From: an uncultured Pseudomonadota bacterium
Lineage (GTDB): Bacteria; Pseudomonadota; Gammaproteobacteria; DASZBR01
DNA: 64,000 nucleotides
Direction: 5' to 3'
NCBI GenBank assembly: GCA_963712965.1
Contig: CAVQJZ010000007.1
Location: 205,365-269,364, forward strand
Notes under the pieces: model-generated
What the model saw: the letters and a program-made list of their open reading frames with translations, nothing else
What the model was told of the DNA's origin: nothing
Databases searched by the model: none
Shown: piece after piece, positions 24,091 through 34,337 of the stretch
Layout: each line of letters begins with the position of its first letter
How positions within the stretch are numbered: position 1 is the first letter of the stretch
Translations under genes and position numbers: made by a program

Positions 24091-25446
24091 TCATTTCAAC
24101 GCCTTCAACAACTTCTCATGCAACCCACCAAAACCAGTATTACTCATAATAACAACATGATCGCCTGATTTTGCCTGCGCTGTAATTTTCTTAATTAGGT
24201 CGTCCACATTTTCACTAATAATTCCCGCGGGAGATAATTGATGCGCAACAGCATCAACACCCCAATCTTTATTGGGGCGCAAAATAAATACCTGATCTGC
24301 TTGTTTTAATGAAGGCGCCAGTGTTTCCTTGTGCACACCTAAGCGCATGGTATTTGAACCACATTCCACCACGGCTAAAATTCTTTCTTTCCCTACTTTC
24401 GCGCGCAAACCCGCTAACGTTGATTGAATAGCCGTTGGATGATGCGCAAAATCATCGTACACCGTAACGCCATGAATTTGTGCGCGCACTTCCAAACGTC
24501 GCTTTACATTTTTAAATTCTTTTAATGCACGAATTGCAACATCTACGGGCACATTCACATGGTGCGCCGCAGCAATTGCAGCCAGCGCATTTTGCACATT
24601 GTGCTCGCCAAGCAACGACCATTCGACGCGTCCATGATTTTTATTTTGATAAATTACATCAAATGCGCTGCCATCGTTAGTCGCTCGCTCAATTTTCCAA
24701 TCCGCTTCATGGCCTGCAAACGTTGTCGTTTTTGTCCAACAACCTTTTTCCAGAACATTGTTTACGTTTTTATCTTCTTTATTCGACACAATTAATCCAT
24801 TGCCTGGCACGGTACGCACTAAAAAATGGAACTGTTGTTCGATCGCATTTAAATCAGGGAAAATATCAGCGTGATCAAATTCTAAATTATTTAAAATTAA
24901 GGTGCGCGGATGATAATGAACAAACTTAGAACGCTTATCGAAAAAAGCGGTATCATATTCGTCCGCTTCAATCACAAAATATTTACCTTCGCCTAAACGT
25001 GCTGATACACCAAAGTTTTCTGGAATACCGCCAATTAAAAACCCTGGCTTTAATCCGGCGTATTCTAAAATCCATGCGAGCATACTCGACGTTGTGGTTT
25101 TCCCGTGTGTGCCAGAAACTGCCAACACCCAACGATCACGTAAAATATTTTCCGCTAACCACTGCGGCCCAGAAATATAGGAAATGTTTTTATTTAACAA
25201 ATCTTCCACAGCGGGATTACCACGCGAAAGCGCATTACCAACAATGACTTGCGCAGGAGCTTGAGCGAATTGTTCTTGGTCATAACCATTAATTAATTGA
25301 ATGCCTTGCGCTTCTAATTGTGTACTCATCGGCGGATACACATTGGCATCACTGCCACTCACCACATAACCTTTTTGCTTAGCCAAAACAGCCACGCCAC
25401 CCATGAATGTCCCGCAGATACCGAGAATGTGAATATGTTGTTTCAT
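24091..25446 (-). CDS. mpl: UDP-N-acetylmuramate:L-alanyl-gamma-D-glutamyl-meso-DAP ligase
   Basis: Mur-ligase motifs: ICGTFMGG, VSGTHGKTTT. Confidence 0.85.
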   Translation of the reverse strand: MKQHIHILGICGTFMGGVAVLAKQKGYVVSGSDANVYPPMSTQLEAQGIQLINGYDQEQFAQAPAQVIVGNALSRGNPAVEDLLNKNISYISGPQWLAENILRDRWVLAVSGTHGKTTTSSMLAWILEYAGLKPGFLIGGIPENFGVSARLGEGKYFVIEADEYDTAFFDKRSKFVHYHPRTLILNNLEFDHADIFPDLNAIEQQFHFLVRTVPGNGLIVSNKEDKNVNNVLEKGCWTKTTTFAGHEADWKIERATNDGSAFDVIYQNKNHGRVEWSLLGEHNVQNALAAIAAAHHVNVPVDVAIRALKEFKNVKRRLEVRAQIHGVTVYDDFAHHPTAIQSTLAGLRAKVGKERILAVVECGSNTMRLGVHKETLAPSLKQADQVFILRPNKDWGVDAVAHQLSPAGIISENVDDLIKKITAQAKSGDHVVIMSNTGFGGLHEKLLKALK

Positions 25447-26540
25447 CATGTACTCACTAATTTACGATGTGAATAAATTGCCATTAACACGCCAAAACCT
25501 GCCATTAATGTAATGACTGATGTGCCGCCGTAACTCACCAACGGCAAAGGCAAGCCCACGACAGGTAAAATACCCGTGACCATACCAATATTAATAAACA
25601 TGGAAAAAAAGAACGTGAGCGTGATACTACCCGCTAATAAACGTGAAAACGTATCTTGGGCTTGCAAACTAATGAAAAAACCGCGCGCGATTAAAACGCT
25701 ATAAATAATAATTAAAAATAATACGCCCATAAAACCAAATTCTTCACCGCACACGGCAAAAATAAAATCCGTCGCATGCTCGGGTAAAAATTGTAAATGA
25801 GATTGCGTGCCTTGCAGCCAACCTTTACCAAATAAACCACCTGAACCAATCGCGATTTTCGATTGAATAATGTGATAACCCGCACCGAGTGGATCACGTT
25901 CTGGATTTAGAAAGGTCAGCACTCGTTGACGTTGATAATCATGCATGTGATGCCACATCAAAGGAGTCGCGGCAACAAAAAGCAACAGGCAAATAACGAT
26001 TAAGCGCCAACGCACGCCGGCTAATAAAATAACGCCGATACCTGCTGATGCAATAAGTAATGCGGTACCCAAGTCGGGTTGTTTCAAAATTAAGGCGGCT
26101 GGCAAACCAATTAATAGCGCACATACTAATAATATGCGTTTGCGTGGTGGCAATGTTTGGCCAGCCAAATACCAAGACAACATTAGAGGTAACGCGAGTT
26201 TCATGATTTCAGCGGGTTGAAAACGAAATAATCCCACACTTAACCAACGTTGTGCGCCTTTGCTAATTGCACCCAACACCAACACCATCAATAACAACGC
26301 AATACCAAAAATATATAACCATACTGCAAAACGTTTGTAATGATCCGGGCGAATTTGCGCTAATAAAATCATTAATGCAAATCCAATAAAAAATCGCACG
26401 CCTTGGCCAATCACGACAGATAAATCTTGATTACTCGCACTATATAAAATAAATAAACCTACTGTACATAAAAGCAAAAGACTTACCAAAATCGTTAAAT
26501 CAATATGTAATTTTTCCCATAGATTTTTATTGAGCGTCAT
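25446..26540 (-). CDS. mrdB: peptidoglycan glycosyltransferase RodA (SEDS family)
   Basis: 364 aa polytopic SEDS protein, adjacent to the PBP2 gene. Confidence 0.9.
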   Translation of the reverse strand: MTLNKNLWEKLHIDLTILVSLLLLCTVGLFILYSASNQDLSVVIGQGVRFFIGFALMILLAQIRPDHYKRFAVWLYIFGIALLLMVLVLGAISKGAQRWLSVGLFRFQPAEIMKLALPLMLSWYLAGQTLPPRKRILLVCALLIGLPAALILKQPDLGTALLIASAGIGVILLAGVRWRLIVICLLLFVAATPLMWHHMHDYQRQRVLTFLNPERDPLGAGYHIIQSKIAIGSGGLFGKGWLQGTQSHLQFLPEHATDFIFAVCGEEFGFMGVLFLIIIYSVLIARGFFISLQAQDTFSRLLAGSITLTFFFSMFINIGMVTGILPVVGLPLPLVSYGGTSVITLMAGFGVLMAIYSHRKLVST

Positions 26541-28425
26541 GATTTTCTTCCTGCGCTAGCAATGGCACTTTAGGTAATGGCGTTTTATCCAAATTAAAAT
26601 ACACATCTAGTATTTTACGTACTAAAAATACAGCTCTACCTTCACCACCGTGTTCCACAAAAACAACAATGACAATCGTCGGATGATGCAAAGGAGCGAA
26701 TGCTTCAAACCATGAATCATCTCGCAACCTTACTGGCAACAAATGTACTTTGTCTGTGTCACCACCATGCAAATCGAATACTTGTGCCGTACCACTTTTC
26801 CCACCAAATTTATAAGGCGCATTAATACCCGCTAAATAACCTGTGCCACGCGGATCCGAAACCACTTCACCCATCGATTTCAATACCAAATTCCAATACG
26901 ATAATTTAAAATTCGATGCAATCGATGGACGTGGTGCAGGTTGCATCGTTTGTATTTGCCCTTTAGGCGTTTGAATTTTTAAAATTACTTGGGGTTTATA
27001 ACCTTGCCCACGATCAACTAACGTCATCAACGCATTAGCTAATTGCAATGGCGTGACCAATAAATATCCCTGACCGATTCCCGTAACAACGGTATCTCCT
27101 TGATACCAAGGCTGATGATGCACACGTAATTTCCACGCTGGCGATGGTACTAGACCATCACTTTCACTGTAGGTATCAATGCCCGTAGGTTGTCCAAATC
27201 CAAATTCGGTTAATACTTTATCTAATCGTTGAATACCTAATTGGTGCGCTAACGAATAAAAAAATGTATCGCATGATTGAATAATCGATGTTTCAAGATC
27301 TACCCAGCCAAATCCACTACGCACCCAATTGTGATAAATATGTTTGTTATCACCAGGCAACTTATAATAACCAGGATCAAATAAAGTTGTCTGCGGCGTA
27401 ATCACACCCGCTCGCAACCCTTCCAAGGCATAAAACGGTTTAATCGTTGAGCCCGATGGAAACTCACCACGTAATGCACGATTAAACATGGGATGCTCTG
27501 GATCATCATTCAACGCTTTGAAATCTTTATTGCTAATACCGGAGACAAATAAATTAGGATTAAATCCGGGCGTGCTAACCAATGCCAATACTTGTCCATT
27601 ACGTGGATCAATAGCAACCACAGCACCGGCATAACTTTTTAATGCTTCCGTCGCAGCAATCTGCAAACGCGCATCGATCGTTAAATATAAATTATCGCCG
27701 GCGGTGGCTGCTTTACTTTGATTACTGCGAATCACCTGACCATTAACATTGGTTTCAATTTGTTGAATACCCACTTTGCCATGCAATAACGTTTCGTATT
27801 CTTTTTCAACACCGGTTTTACCAATATCATTGGTGGCGCTGTAATTGGTGGGATCGACGTGTGCCAATTCACTCGCCGTAATTCGCCCAACATAACCTAA
27901 GATAGGTTCCATCACTGAACCAAATGGATAATAACGCAGCATGCGTGCTTGAATGAAAACACCTGGGAAACGATATTGATTAACAGAAAAAGCAGCAATT
28001 TCTTTATTGGTTAATTTAACACGCAATGGCACGGCATCAAAACGTCGTTGCTGATTGAGTTGCTTATAAAATGCTTGGATATTGTTGGGTGTTAAATGAA
28101 TAATCTTAGAAAGTTCTTCTAATGTTTGTTTAAGATTGTGTACCTTGTCAGGACGAACTTCCAAACTAAATACCGGAAGATTGCTGGCTAACAACACACC
28201 ATTGCGATCAAAAATTAATCCTCGGCTGGGTTCAACTGGCGCTACACTTAATAAATTCTGACGTGATAAGGTACTGTATAATTTGTGTTCGACAATCTGC
28301 AGATAAAATAAACGTACGATCAAGATCAATACCAAAAGCCCCACGAAAATACTGACAACGGCGATACGTCGTTTATACTGATCGATTTCCTGCTGTGGGT
28401 TGTTTAAGGTATAACGGTTTGGCAT
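26527..28425 (-). CDS. mrdA: penicillin-binding protein 2
   Basis: 632 aa. Transpeptidase motifs STIKP (SxxK) and KFGGKSGTAQ (KSG). Confidence 0.9.
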   Translation of the reverse strand: MPNRYTLNNPQQEIDQYKRRIAVVSIFVGLLVLILIVRLFYLQIVEHKLYSTLSRQNLLSVAPVEPSRGLIFDRNGVLLASNLPVFSLEVRPDKVHNLKQTLEELSKIIHLTPNNIQAFYKQLNQQRRFDAVPLRVKLTNKEIAAFSVNQYRFPGVFIQARMLRYYPFGSVMEPILGYVGRITASELAHVDPTNYSATNDIGKTGVEKEYETLLHGKVGIQQIETNVNGQVIRSNQSKAATAGDNLYLTIDARLQIAATEALKSYAGAVVAIDPRNGQVLALVSTPGFNPNLFVSGISNKDFKALNDDPEHPMFNRALRGEFPSGSTIKPFYALEGLRAGVITPQTTLFDPGYYKLPGDNKHIYHNWVRSGFGWVDLETSIIQSCDTFFYSLAHQLGIQRLDKVLTEFGFGQPTGIDTYSESDGLVPSPAWKLRVHHQPWYQGDTVVTGIGQGYLLVTPLQLANALMTLVDRGQGYKPQVILKIQTPKGQIQTMQPAPRPSIASNFKLSYWNLVLKSMGEVVSDPRGTGYLAGINAPYKFGGKSGTAQVFDLHGGDTDKVHLLPVRLRDDSWFEAFAPLHHPTIVIVVFVEHGGEGRAVFLVRKILDVYFNLDKTPLPKVPLLAQEENHDAQ

Positions 28426-28474
28426 TTTATCGCTTCATAAAAAAACAGGAAGTATACACATTCATAGGAAAAAC

Positions 28475-30175
28475 ATGACGCCCTTTTTGACGTTTTGCAA
28501 AAATTTTTGGCGGATTCTGCGCCCTTACTGGACCTCTGAGCAAAAATGGTCAGCCGCACTTCTGCTTGCTGGCGTACTCGCTTCCGTCATCATTCAAGTA
28601 CGCATCATGGTGATTTTCAATTACTGGATTCAAGCGTTTTATGATGCGTTAGAGACCTTCAATCTCCACGGCATACTTTTGTTGATGGGCGAGTTTGTCA
28701 TTATTTTGGTATTGGCTATTATCATCTTTACTTATGGCAGCTATTTCGCCGGTCTTTTGGCTAACCGTTGGCGTTTGTGGATGACAGAAAAGTATCTTGA
28801 TCGCTGGTTATCGCATAGCACTTTTTACGGTCTGCAATTACTCAACAAAAAAATAGACAACCCCGATCAACGTATCAGCGAAGATTTAAATGAATTCCCA
28901 CAATTAACGATTGGTTTATTAACTGGTTTAGTTGGTGCAATTTTAAGTTTTGTGGCATTTAGTGTGATTCTTTGGAAGTTATCGGGATCATTTGCACTAC
29001 ATCTACTAGGAAAAACTTTTGTCATTCACGGCTATATGTTTTGGGCAACATTGGTTTACGCCGCATTCGGCACCTGGATCACACATCTTATTGGTAAAAA
29101 GTTAACGCCTCTTAATTATCAACAACAGCAATTCAATGCGAATTTTCGTTTTGGTTTAATCCGCGCGCGCGAAGCAGCGGAACAAATTGCACTATACAAC
29201 GGCAGCACAAATGAACGATTTCGTTTACGCCATTTATTTCAACCCGTGTTCGATAACTTTTTTTCCATCATTAAAATACAAAAATACATGGGATTTTTTA
29301 CGAATGGCTATAACTTGATGGTACAAGTCGTCGGGATTTTAATTGCACTACCCAAATATATTGCAAAAAAAATAACGTTCGGTACGCTCATTCAAATTAC
29401 ACGCGCCTTTGAAACAGTCGTAAATGCACTGTCTTATATTGTGTCGAGTTATAGCACGTTGGCAAGTTGGGCCGCTGTTATTCGACGGTTAAGTGAATTC
29501 GAACAATTTATGCAGGAAACTGAAATCACCATGTCACAATCACCTTTTATTTTTAGTGTCGCAGCAGATGAATTAAAAGCACAGAATCTGCGCATCACAT
29601 TGCCTAATAACACTGTACTGCAAAATAATATTAATTTTAATGTCAAAAAAGGCGAAAGCTTATTAATCACGGGCAATTCAGGTGCGGGCAAAAGTACGTT
29701 ACTGCGCACACTGGCCAAATTATGGCCTTACGGTGCAGGCCATATTGTGTTGCCGCAAAGCAAAAAAATATTATTTCTGCCGCAAAAACCGTATTTGCCG
29801 CTGGGCACACTGCGCGAAGCACTCACTTATCCTAGCAATGAAATATTTTCAGATGCGCAAATTACACAAGCATTAACGCTGTGTGGTTTAGAACGTTTTC
29901 TACCGTATCTTAATGAAACACATTATTGGGCGATGGAATTTTCATTGGGTGAACAACAATTAATTGCATTTGCGCGTATCTTTTTGCACCAACCAGAATG
30001 GATATTTTTAGACGAGGCGACATCCGCTCTAGATGAAAATAATGAAAGTACAATGTATCAACTATTAAAAGAAAAATTACCTGATGCATCTGTGATCAGT
30101 GTTGGTCATCGCTCGAGTTTACCGCAATGGCATGCAAGGACGTTGCATTTGGATGCTGCCACCGCCAATTCTTGA
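28475..30175 (+). CDS. ABC transporter, fused permease/ATP-binding protein (YddA/ABCD-like)
   Basis: N-terminal 6-TM region; Walker A GNSGAGKST; signature FSLGEQQ; Walker B FLDEATSALD. Confidence 0.8.
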   Translation: MTPFLTFCKNFWRILRPYWTSEQKWSAALLLAGVLASVIIQVRIMVIFNYWIQAFYDALETFNLHGILLLMGEFVIILVLAIIIFTYGSYFAGLLANRWRLWMTEKYLDRWLSHSTFYGLQLLNKKIDNPDQRISEDLNEFPQLTIGLLTGLVGAILSFVAFSVILWKLSGSFALHLLGKTFVIHGYMFWATLVYAAFGTWITHLIGKKLTPLNYQQQQFNANFRFGLIRAREAAEQIALYNGSTNERFRLRHLFQPVFDNFFSIIKIQKYMGFFTNGYNLMVQVVGILIALPKYIAKKITFGTLIQITRAFETVVNALSYIVSSYSTLASWAAVIRRLSEFEQFMQETEITMSQSPFIFSVAADELKAQNLRITLPNNTVLQNNINFNVKKGESLLITGNSGAGKSTLLRTLAKLWPYGAGHIVLPQSKKILFLPQKPYLPLGTLREALTYPSNEIFSDAQITQALTLCGLERFLPYLNETHYWAMEFSLGEQQLIAFARIFLHQPEWIFLDEATSALDENNESTMYQLLKEKLPDASVISVGHRSSLPQWHARTLHLDAATANS

Positions 30176-30189
30176 ACTTTTCAACACAC

Positions 30190-30262
30190 CATGTTAAGTT
30201 GGCCTTCGCTAGCGGAGAGCAGGTTTGCACGAGCGAGCCACGGTCTTCGGACCTCCGTTAGC
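30190..30262. other. structured GC-rich intergenic element between convergent genes (10-bp outer stem gctagcggag/ctccgttagc enclosing a ggtc-UUCG-gacc hairpin)
   Basis: Stems seen directly; function unknown (terminator or sRNA-like). Confidence 0.3.
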
Positions 30263-30269
30263 ACTCTTT

Positions 30270-31004
30270 CTATAGTGGAAAATCTTTAGTAAATAACCAC
30301 TTTTTCTTCAAATTAACACGCGCGTAAGTTTGATAAAAATATTGGTGTCCTTTGTGACCACTGTGCGCGCTCACTTCCTTGCCTCGACGTATTAAATAAC
30401 AAACCACATCAGTTAATTGCATAAGATAATTATTATTAGACTGCACAAAATGTACAGAATCTATTATACGATCGACTAAAACATTATTTTGGCCAAAGCG
30501 CATACCGTGCTGTTTATAATGATCTAAATCATCAATTAATCTCTGCTCAAGTTCATCTTGCTCATCAGCAACAAGTAAACAGTATGAATTAAGTTGCCCT
30601 TTTAAAAGCTCCTCAACTTTCTCTACCAGCAAGGAAAAAGCAGATTGTTGGATATGCAATTTTCCATCATATTCAGATTTTTTAATAGAAACGTAACCGA
30701 TGCGAATACAATCATGCTTCAGAACAACATCCACAAGTGCATCCAATATATTTATTCGCTCACCCAATGGAAGTCTTTTAAAATATCGGCCGCGGGCATT
30801 ATAAATACCATCTCCATGGAATTCAAAATCCGTGTTATTAGACTCTACGCCAAAATAATGACGCCCTAATGACCTCAGATCATTTTCAATATGTTTAATA
30901 TTTTCAGGCGGAACAAGAAGGGCTGTCAAAACCAGATAAGGTTGATGAACATCTTTTAAATTATTCCCGGTATTTCCTGATTCATCAATATAACAAAGAT
31001 ACAA
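30270..31004 (-). CDS. DUF3800-like protein (N-terminal YIDESG motif)
   Basis: 244 aa beginning MYLCYIDESGNTG. Matches my recollection of the DUF3800 N-terminal signature. Isolated ORF, AT-rich. Confidence 0.55.
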   Translation of the reverse strand: MYLCYIDESGNTGNNLKDVHQPYLVLTALLVPPENIKHIENDLRSLGRHYFGVESNNTDFEFHGDGIYNARGRYFKRLPLGERINILDALVDVVLKHDCIRIGYVSIKKSEYDGKLHIQQSAFSLLVEKVEELLKGQLNSYCLLVADEQDELEQRLIDDLDHYKQHGMRFGQNNVLVDRIIDSVHFVQSNNNYLMQLTDVVCYLIRRGKEVSAHSGHKGHQYFYQTYARVNLKKKWLFTKDFPL

Positions 31005-31097
31005 GATGACCTCCTATTATTATCATAATCTTGGACTTTACTATAACATACAATTATCCTTGCGCTAATTAATCAACTGAGGCACAGCAACAACAAC

Positions 31098-32051
31098 ATG
31101 CAAAAAATAAATTATTTACTCTTTAGTTTACTCGCGCTTTTTTGGAGCGGTTCTTTCATCACCATCCATTTTTCAGTGGCTGCTTTTCCGCCATTGTTTG
31201 GTGCCATGATGCGTGTTTTTATCGGTCTTATTTTTTTAACGTTATTTATGTGGCAACAACAACATTCTTTTGGTGTGCCAAAAACAATTTATTGGCGCTT
31301 AATTCTTGTTGCTCTGTTAGCACAAGGCATTCCCTTTGCATTTTTATTTATGGGTGAAACGACAATTGCGCCTGCCATTGCCGGCATCATCAATAGCACC
31401 ACGCCCATTTGGGCATTGGTCATTAACGTTATTTTCTTAAAAGAATATGATCAACTCACTATTAAAAAAATTACAGGTTTATTGATAGGTATTATCGGCA
31501 TCACCTTAGTTTTTTGGCCCATGCTACAACATGAAAAAACACATGATACCTTAGCAGGCTTACTATTCGTCTTAGTCATGGCTATTTCGTATGCATTAGG
31601 CGCTATTTTAAATAAACGTTTATTATTTGGCAGAGCAAGCATTCCACTGCAAGCAAATTTATGGCATCAAACATTGGTTAATTTTGTTTTTCTTTCAGTC
31701 ATTTCATTACTGCTTAAACAATGGCCTACGTGGCATCACTTCACTCATGCTCATATCGCGTTATGGTCATTGCTCTATTTAGGTTTATTTTCGACTGCTA
31801 TCGCGTGGATTATTTTCTTTCATTTATTACACGTGTGGGATGCCGTGCGCGCCAGCAGTGTGATGTATCTTGTGCCACTACTTGCCATTGTATGGGACAT
31901 ACTTTTTCTGCACACTATTCCACAAGCGGAAGAATTATACGGTGCAGCGGCTATTTTAATGGGCGTTGTATTAATTCAATTATCGCGAGGGAGAACATGT
32001 CAACCTCACAAGAAGGCATCATTGAAATTGTTGCGGAAAAACCAGGATTAG
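31098..32051 (+). CDS. EamA/DMT-family transporter (10 TM)
   Basis: 317 aa with two EamA-like hydrophobic halves. Confidence 0.75.
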   Translation: MQKINYLLFSLLALFWSGSFITIHFSVAAFPPLFGAMMRVFIGLIFLTLFMWQQQHSFGVPKTIYWRLILVALLAQGIPFAFLFMGETTIAPAIAGIINSTTPIWALVINVIFLKEYDQLTIKKITGLLIGIIGITLVFWPMLQHEKTHDTLAGLLFVLVMAISYALGAILNKRLLFGRASIPLQANLWHQTLVNFVFLSVISLLLKQWPTWHHFTHAHIALWSLLYLGLFSTAIAWIIFFHLLHVWDAVRASSVMYLVPLLAIVWDILFLHTIPQAEELYGAAAILMGVVLIQLSRGRTCQPHKKASLKLLRKNQD

Positions 32052-32116
32052 AAGCGTATGCGTTTACGTTTGGTGACTGACACCCACGTCATTGCGAGCG
32101 TAGCGAAGCAATCCAG

Positions 32117-32323
32117 AAATCCTAGATTGCCACGGCGACTTTGTCGCCTCGCAATGACGGACATCAACAATGCCAAAATATTTCACAATAAAATTGTTTT
32201 ACTTTTCTCACCTTTTTCTTCTTTCGCCAGGCGCGGGACTAAATATCCCGGCAATTGCGCTTGCATAAGTTTGACAATTTTTTTCGCGGTTTTTTCACTC
32301 ACGTCAATGTGCAAATAATAAGG
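32117..32323 (-). pseudogene. degenerate duplicate of the epmB 3' end plus its downstream REP element (~90% identical to 34272..34508, with a ~30-bp deletion)
   Basis: Direct alignment of the two segments in the sequence. The ORF-track pair 32058..32318 and 34282..34503 share the PRRLCRLAMTDINNAKIFHNKIVLLFSPFSSFA... peptide because they are antisense readings of this duplication. Confidence 0.7.
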
Positions 32324-32476
32324 AAGAGCGCTCGTTTTATTGGCAATATAATCCACCGCGCAGCTCTATCCTTGGGCTTAATGCTTTAATATGGTCGAAG
32401 CACAAAGAGTAAAAAATCAAAGTAAATGCTATAATTCACCTGGAACAACCTTTTGAAAGGTGTAGGAGATTGATTT

Positions 32477-33886
32477 ATGTTAGAAGCCTTTGCTCGATTT
32501 ACTTGTCCCCCTTTATCTACTGATTCTTTCGGAAAGGAAAAAGCGATTAGAGCACTCCGGGAACAGATCGATAGACAACTTAAGTCTATTGTTGAGGAAG
32601 TTGTTGGGCTACCAGTAGAGCTAGGGAAATTTAGCAATGAGCTTCCATCAGAAATAGCAATCCAACTCATTCAAACCAGCCGCCATTTTCTTCAGCAAGT
32701 GATTAAACTTCCTGCCATGGAAGAAAAAAATGCTTTAGAACAGCAAATGCGTTTTATTGCATTAATTCTAAGCAACCGAATCAATCAATTTCCCAAAGTG
32801 CTTCATGGCGTAGTTAATACTCTTTTGCGGGAAATTAGCCAAACAGTTGGAAAGGTTCCTGTATTAAACGAAAGTGTTCCACTGCCTGAGCAAGATTTTC
32901 TACCTGTAAAATATGATGATTCAGTTAAACACTGGCAAACCACTGTTTATCGTGACCCAGGTAGAGATAAAAAAGACAAAGTAGCGTTTTTTAGTCGGCA
33001 AGATGATTTAGGTCAAATTGCGTCGGTAAGAAGGCAGTTGCTCGTTGAAAGCATGAACTCACGAAATCAAGCTGAAGCTTTCAGTTTTGCCGAGTCAGAT
33101 TATTATGCGATGGGCGATTTACAAGTCAATCATTTGCAGCCTTCTGAAGAAATCATCGAGCGACAATTAGAATTAATCATGGCTATGAATATAGATTCTT
33201 TGTTCTGTGAAGCCATGATGGAACATCAAGAAGCCGACAAGTATTTTAAAAAAGTACATTCACATGGTAGAGACGAAATAGCAGGAACGAAATACTTTTT
33301 CCAGGTGTATCATAATTGCATTGATAATCTGTGGTTGATTAGTACCGCGGCAAATACGGGCTTGGGCAAACTTAATCAAAATCCTATTGATTGGCTAGAA
33401 TCACACTTAAGATACGGAGCAAGATTTTTCAATGAATCAGGTGGAATCCAGGCGATAAATCGTGATTCAATATTATATACTGTTGAAAAACCTGGCCAAA
33501 AAGTAGTTTTGGCCAAAGTAGCGAAAGAATGGTTTTTAAATACTTACAAAGAAGAGCTAGCGGCAGCAGGGTATTTGCGAGAAATAACGAGTACCGCCAA
33601 AGGGAAATTAGGCGGAGTTATACAAGAACCGAAAACATCTATTTCTAAACGCAAAAAAATTAAATTTATGATAAGAGCGGCAATGGCTGAAAGATTATTA
33701 CAAATTTCTTCGCCAAGTGGTTCTTCAAGCCCATCGTCATCTTTTGCAGAGATTAATCAGGAAAATATGAATCTTGTAGGACAAGTCATCGACGAAGAAT
33801 TTGCTAATCCAACTTCCTTGTTGACTCTAGCAAAAGGTAGTGCTGGCAAGCTGTCAAAAGCTTATGTCAATCTTAAGAAGAGGTAA
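32477..33886 (+). CDS. hypothetical protein (469 aa), island cargo; effector-like, no recognisable domain
   Basis: GGAG RBS 8 nt upstream. Acidic block (IDEEF) ~30 aa from the polar C-terminus. Confidence 0.55.
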   Translation: MLEAFARFTCPPLSTDSFGKEKAIRALREQIDRQLKSIVEEVVGLPVELGKFSNELPSEIAIQLIQTSRHFLQQVIKLPAMEEKNALEQQMRFIALILSNRINQFPKVLHGVVNTLLREISQTVGKVPVLNESVPLPEQDFLPVKYDDSVKHWQTTVYRDPGRDKKDKVAFFSRQDDLGQIASVRRQLLVESMNSRNQAEAFSFAESDYYAMGDLQVNHLQPSEEIIERQLELIMAMNIDSLFCEAMMEHQEADKYFKKVHSHGRDEIAGTKYFFQVYHNCIDNLWLISTAANTGLGKLNQNPIDWLESHLRYGARFFNESGGIQAINRDSILYTVEKPGQKVVLAKVAKEWFLNTYKEELAAAGYLREITSTAKGKLGGVIQEPKTSISKRKKIKFMIRAAMAERLLQISSPSGSSSPSSSFAEINQENMNLVGQVIDEEFANPTSLLTLAKGSAGKLSKAYVNLKKR

Positions 33887-33891
33887 ATTTT

Positions 33892-34203
33892 ATGAAAAGA
33901 TCTAGGGAATTAAGTCAAAGTGGAATTTTTAAAAAAACTGGTGTATTTGCAGAAAAAAAACAACTAAAAGAGGAGAAAATGTTTCTTATAGCTATGCGTG
34001 AAAAATGTTTCCCACGAATTCGTCAAGAAACAATGGATGAACTAGGAGAAAAATTTACTGAGCAAGCTGCTGAGGATAATTATAAATTGTTTGTACAAGC
34101 TTGTTATAGCAAGGGGATAATGGAAAAAATGCTGGGTGAATATTTGCAGAAAAAAATTGCGCGTGAGCGGGAAAAATACGCAAACCCTAGCCCTCGAAAG
34201 TAA
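33892..34203 (+). CDS. hypothetical small protein (103 aa), co-transcribed with the 469-aa ORF
   Basis: 5-nt intergenic gap, GAGG RBS. Charged and helical. Confidence 0.5.
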   Translation: MKRSRELSQSGIFKKTGVFAEKKQLKEEKMFLIAMREKCFPRIRQETMDELGEKFTEQAAEDNYKLFVQACYSKGIMEKMLGEYLQKKIAREREKYANPSPRK

Positions 34204-34337
34204 AATTAAGATAGTAAAAAATATCGCAAATATTCGGGACACCTTGTTATGCCGAGCATGCGGTAATCCATAAATCCTAGATTGCCACGGCGACTTTGTC
34301 GCCTCGCAATGACGGACATCAACAATGCCAAAATATT

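Noticed and set aside
30176-30269. Possible tRNA/tmRNA fragment or integration scar after the ABC transporter gene
   Set aside because: It has nested stems but no cloverleaf, T-loop or CCA features. Retained only as an unexplained structured element.
31142-32080. Overlapping alternative-frame ORFs (31142..31357, 31721..32080) within the EamA transporter gene
   Set aside because: Out-of-frame readings of a confident membrane-protein gene.
32058-32318. Apparent paralogous small proteins (32058..32318 and 34282..34503) sharing PRRLCRLAMTDINNAKIFHNK...
   Set aside because: They are plus-strand readings of the duplicated epmB 3' end/REP segment (antisense to epmB). The similarity reflects the DNA duplication, not a gene family.
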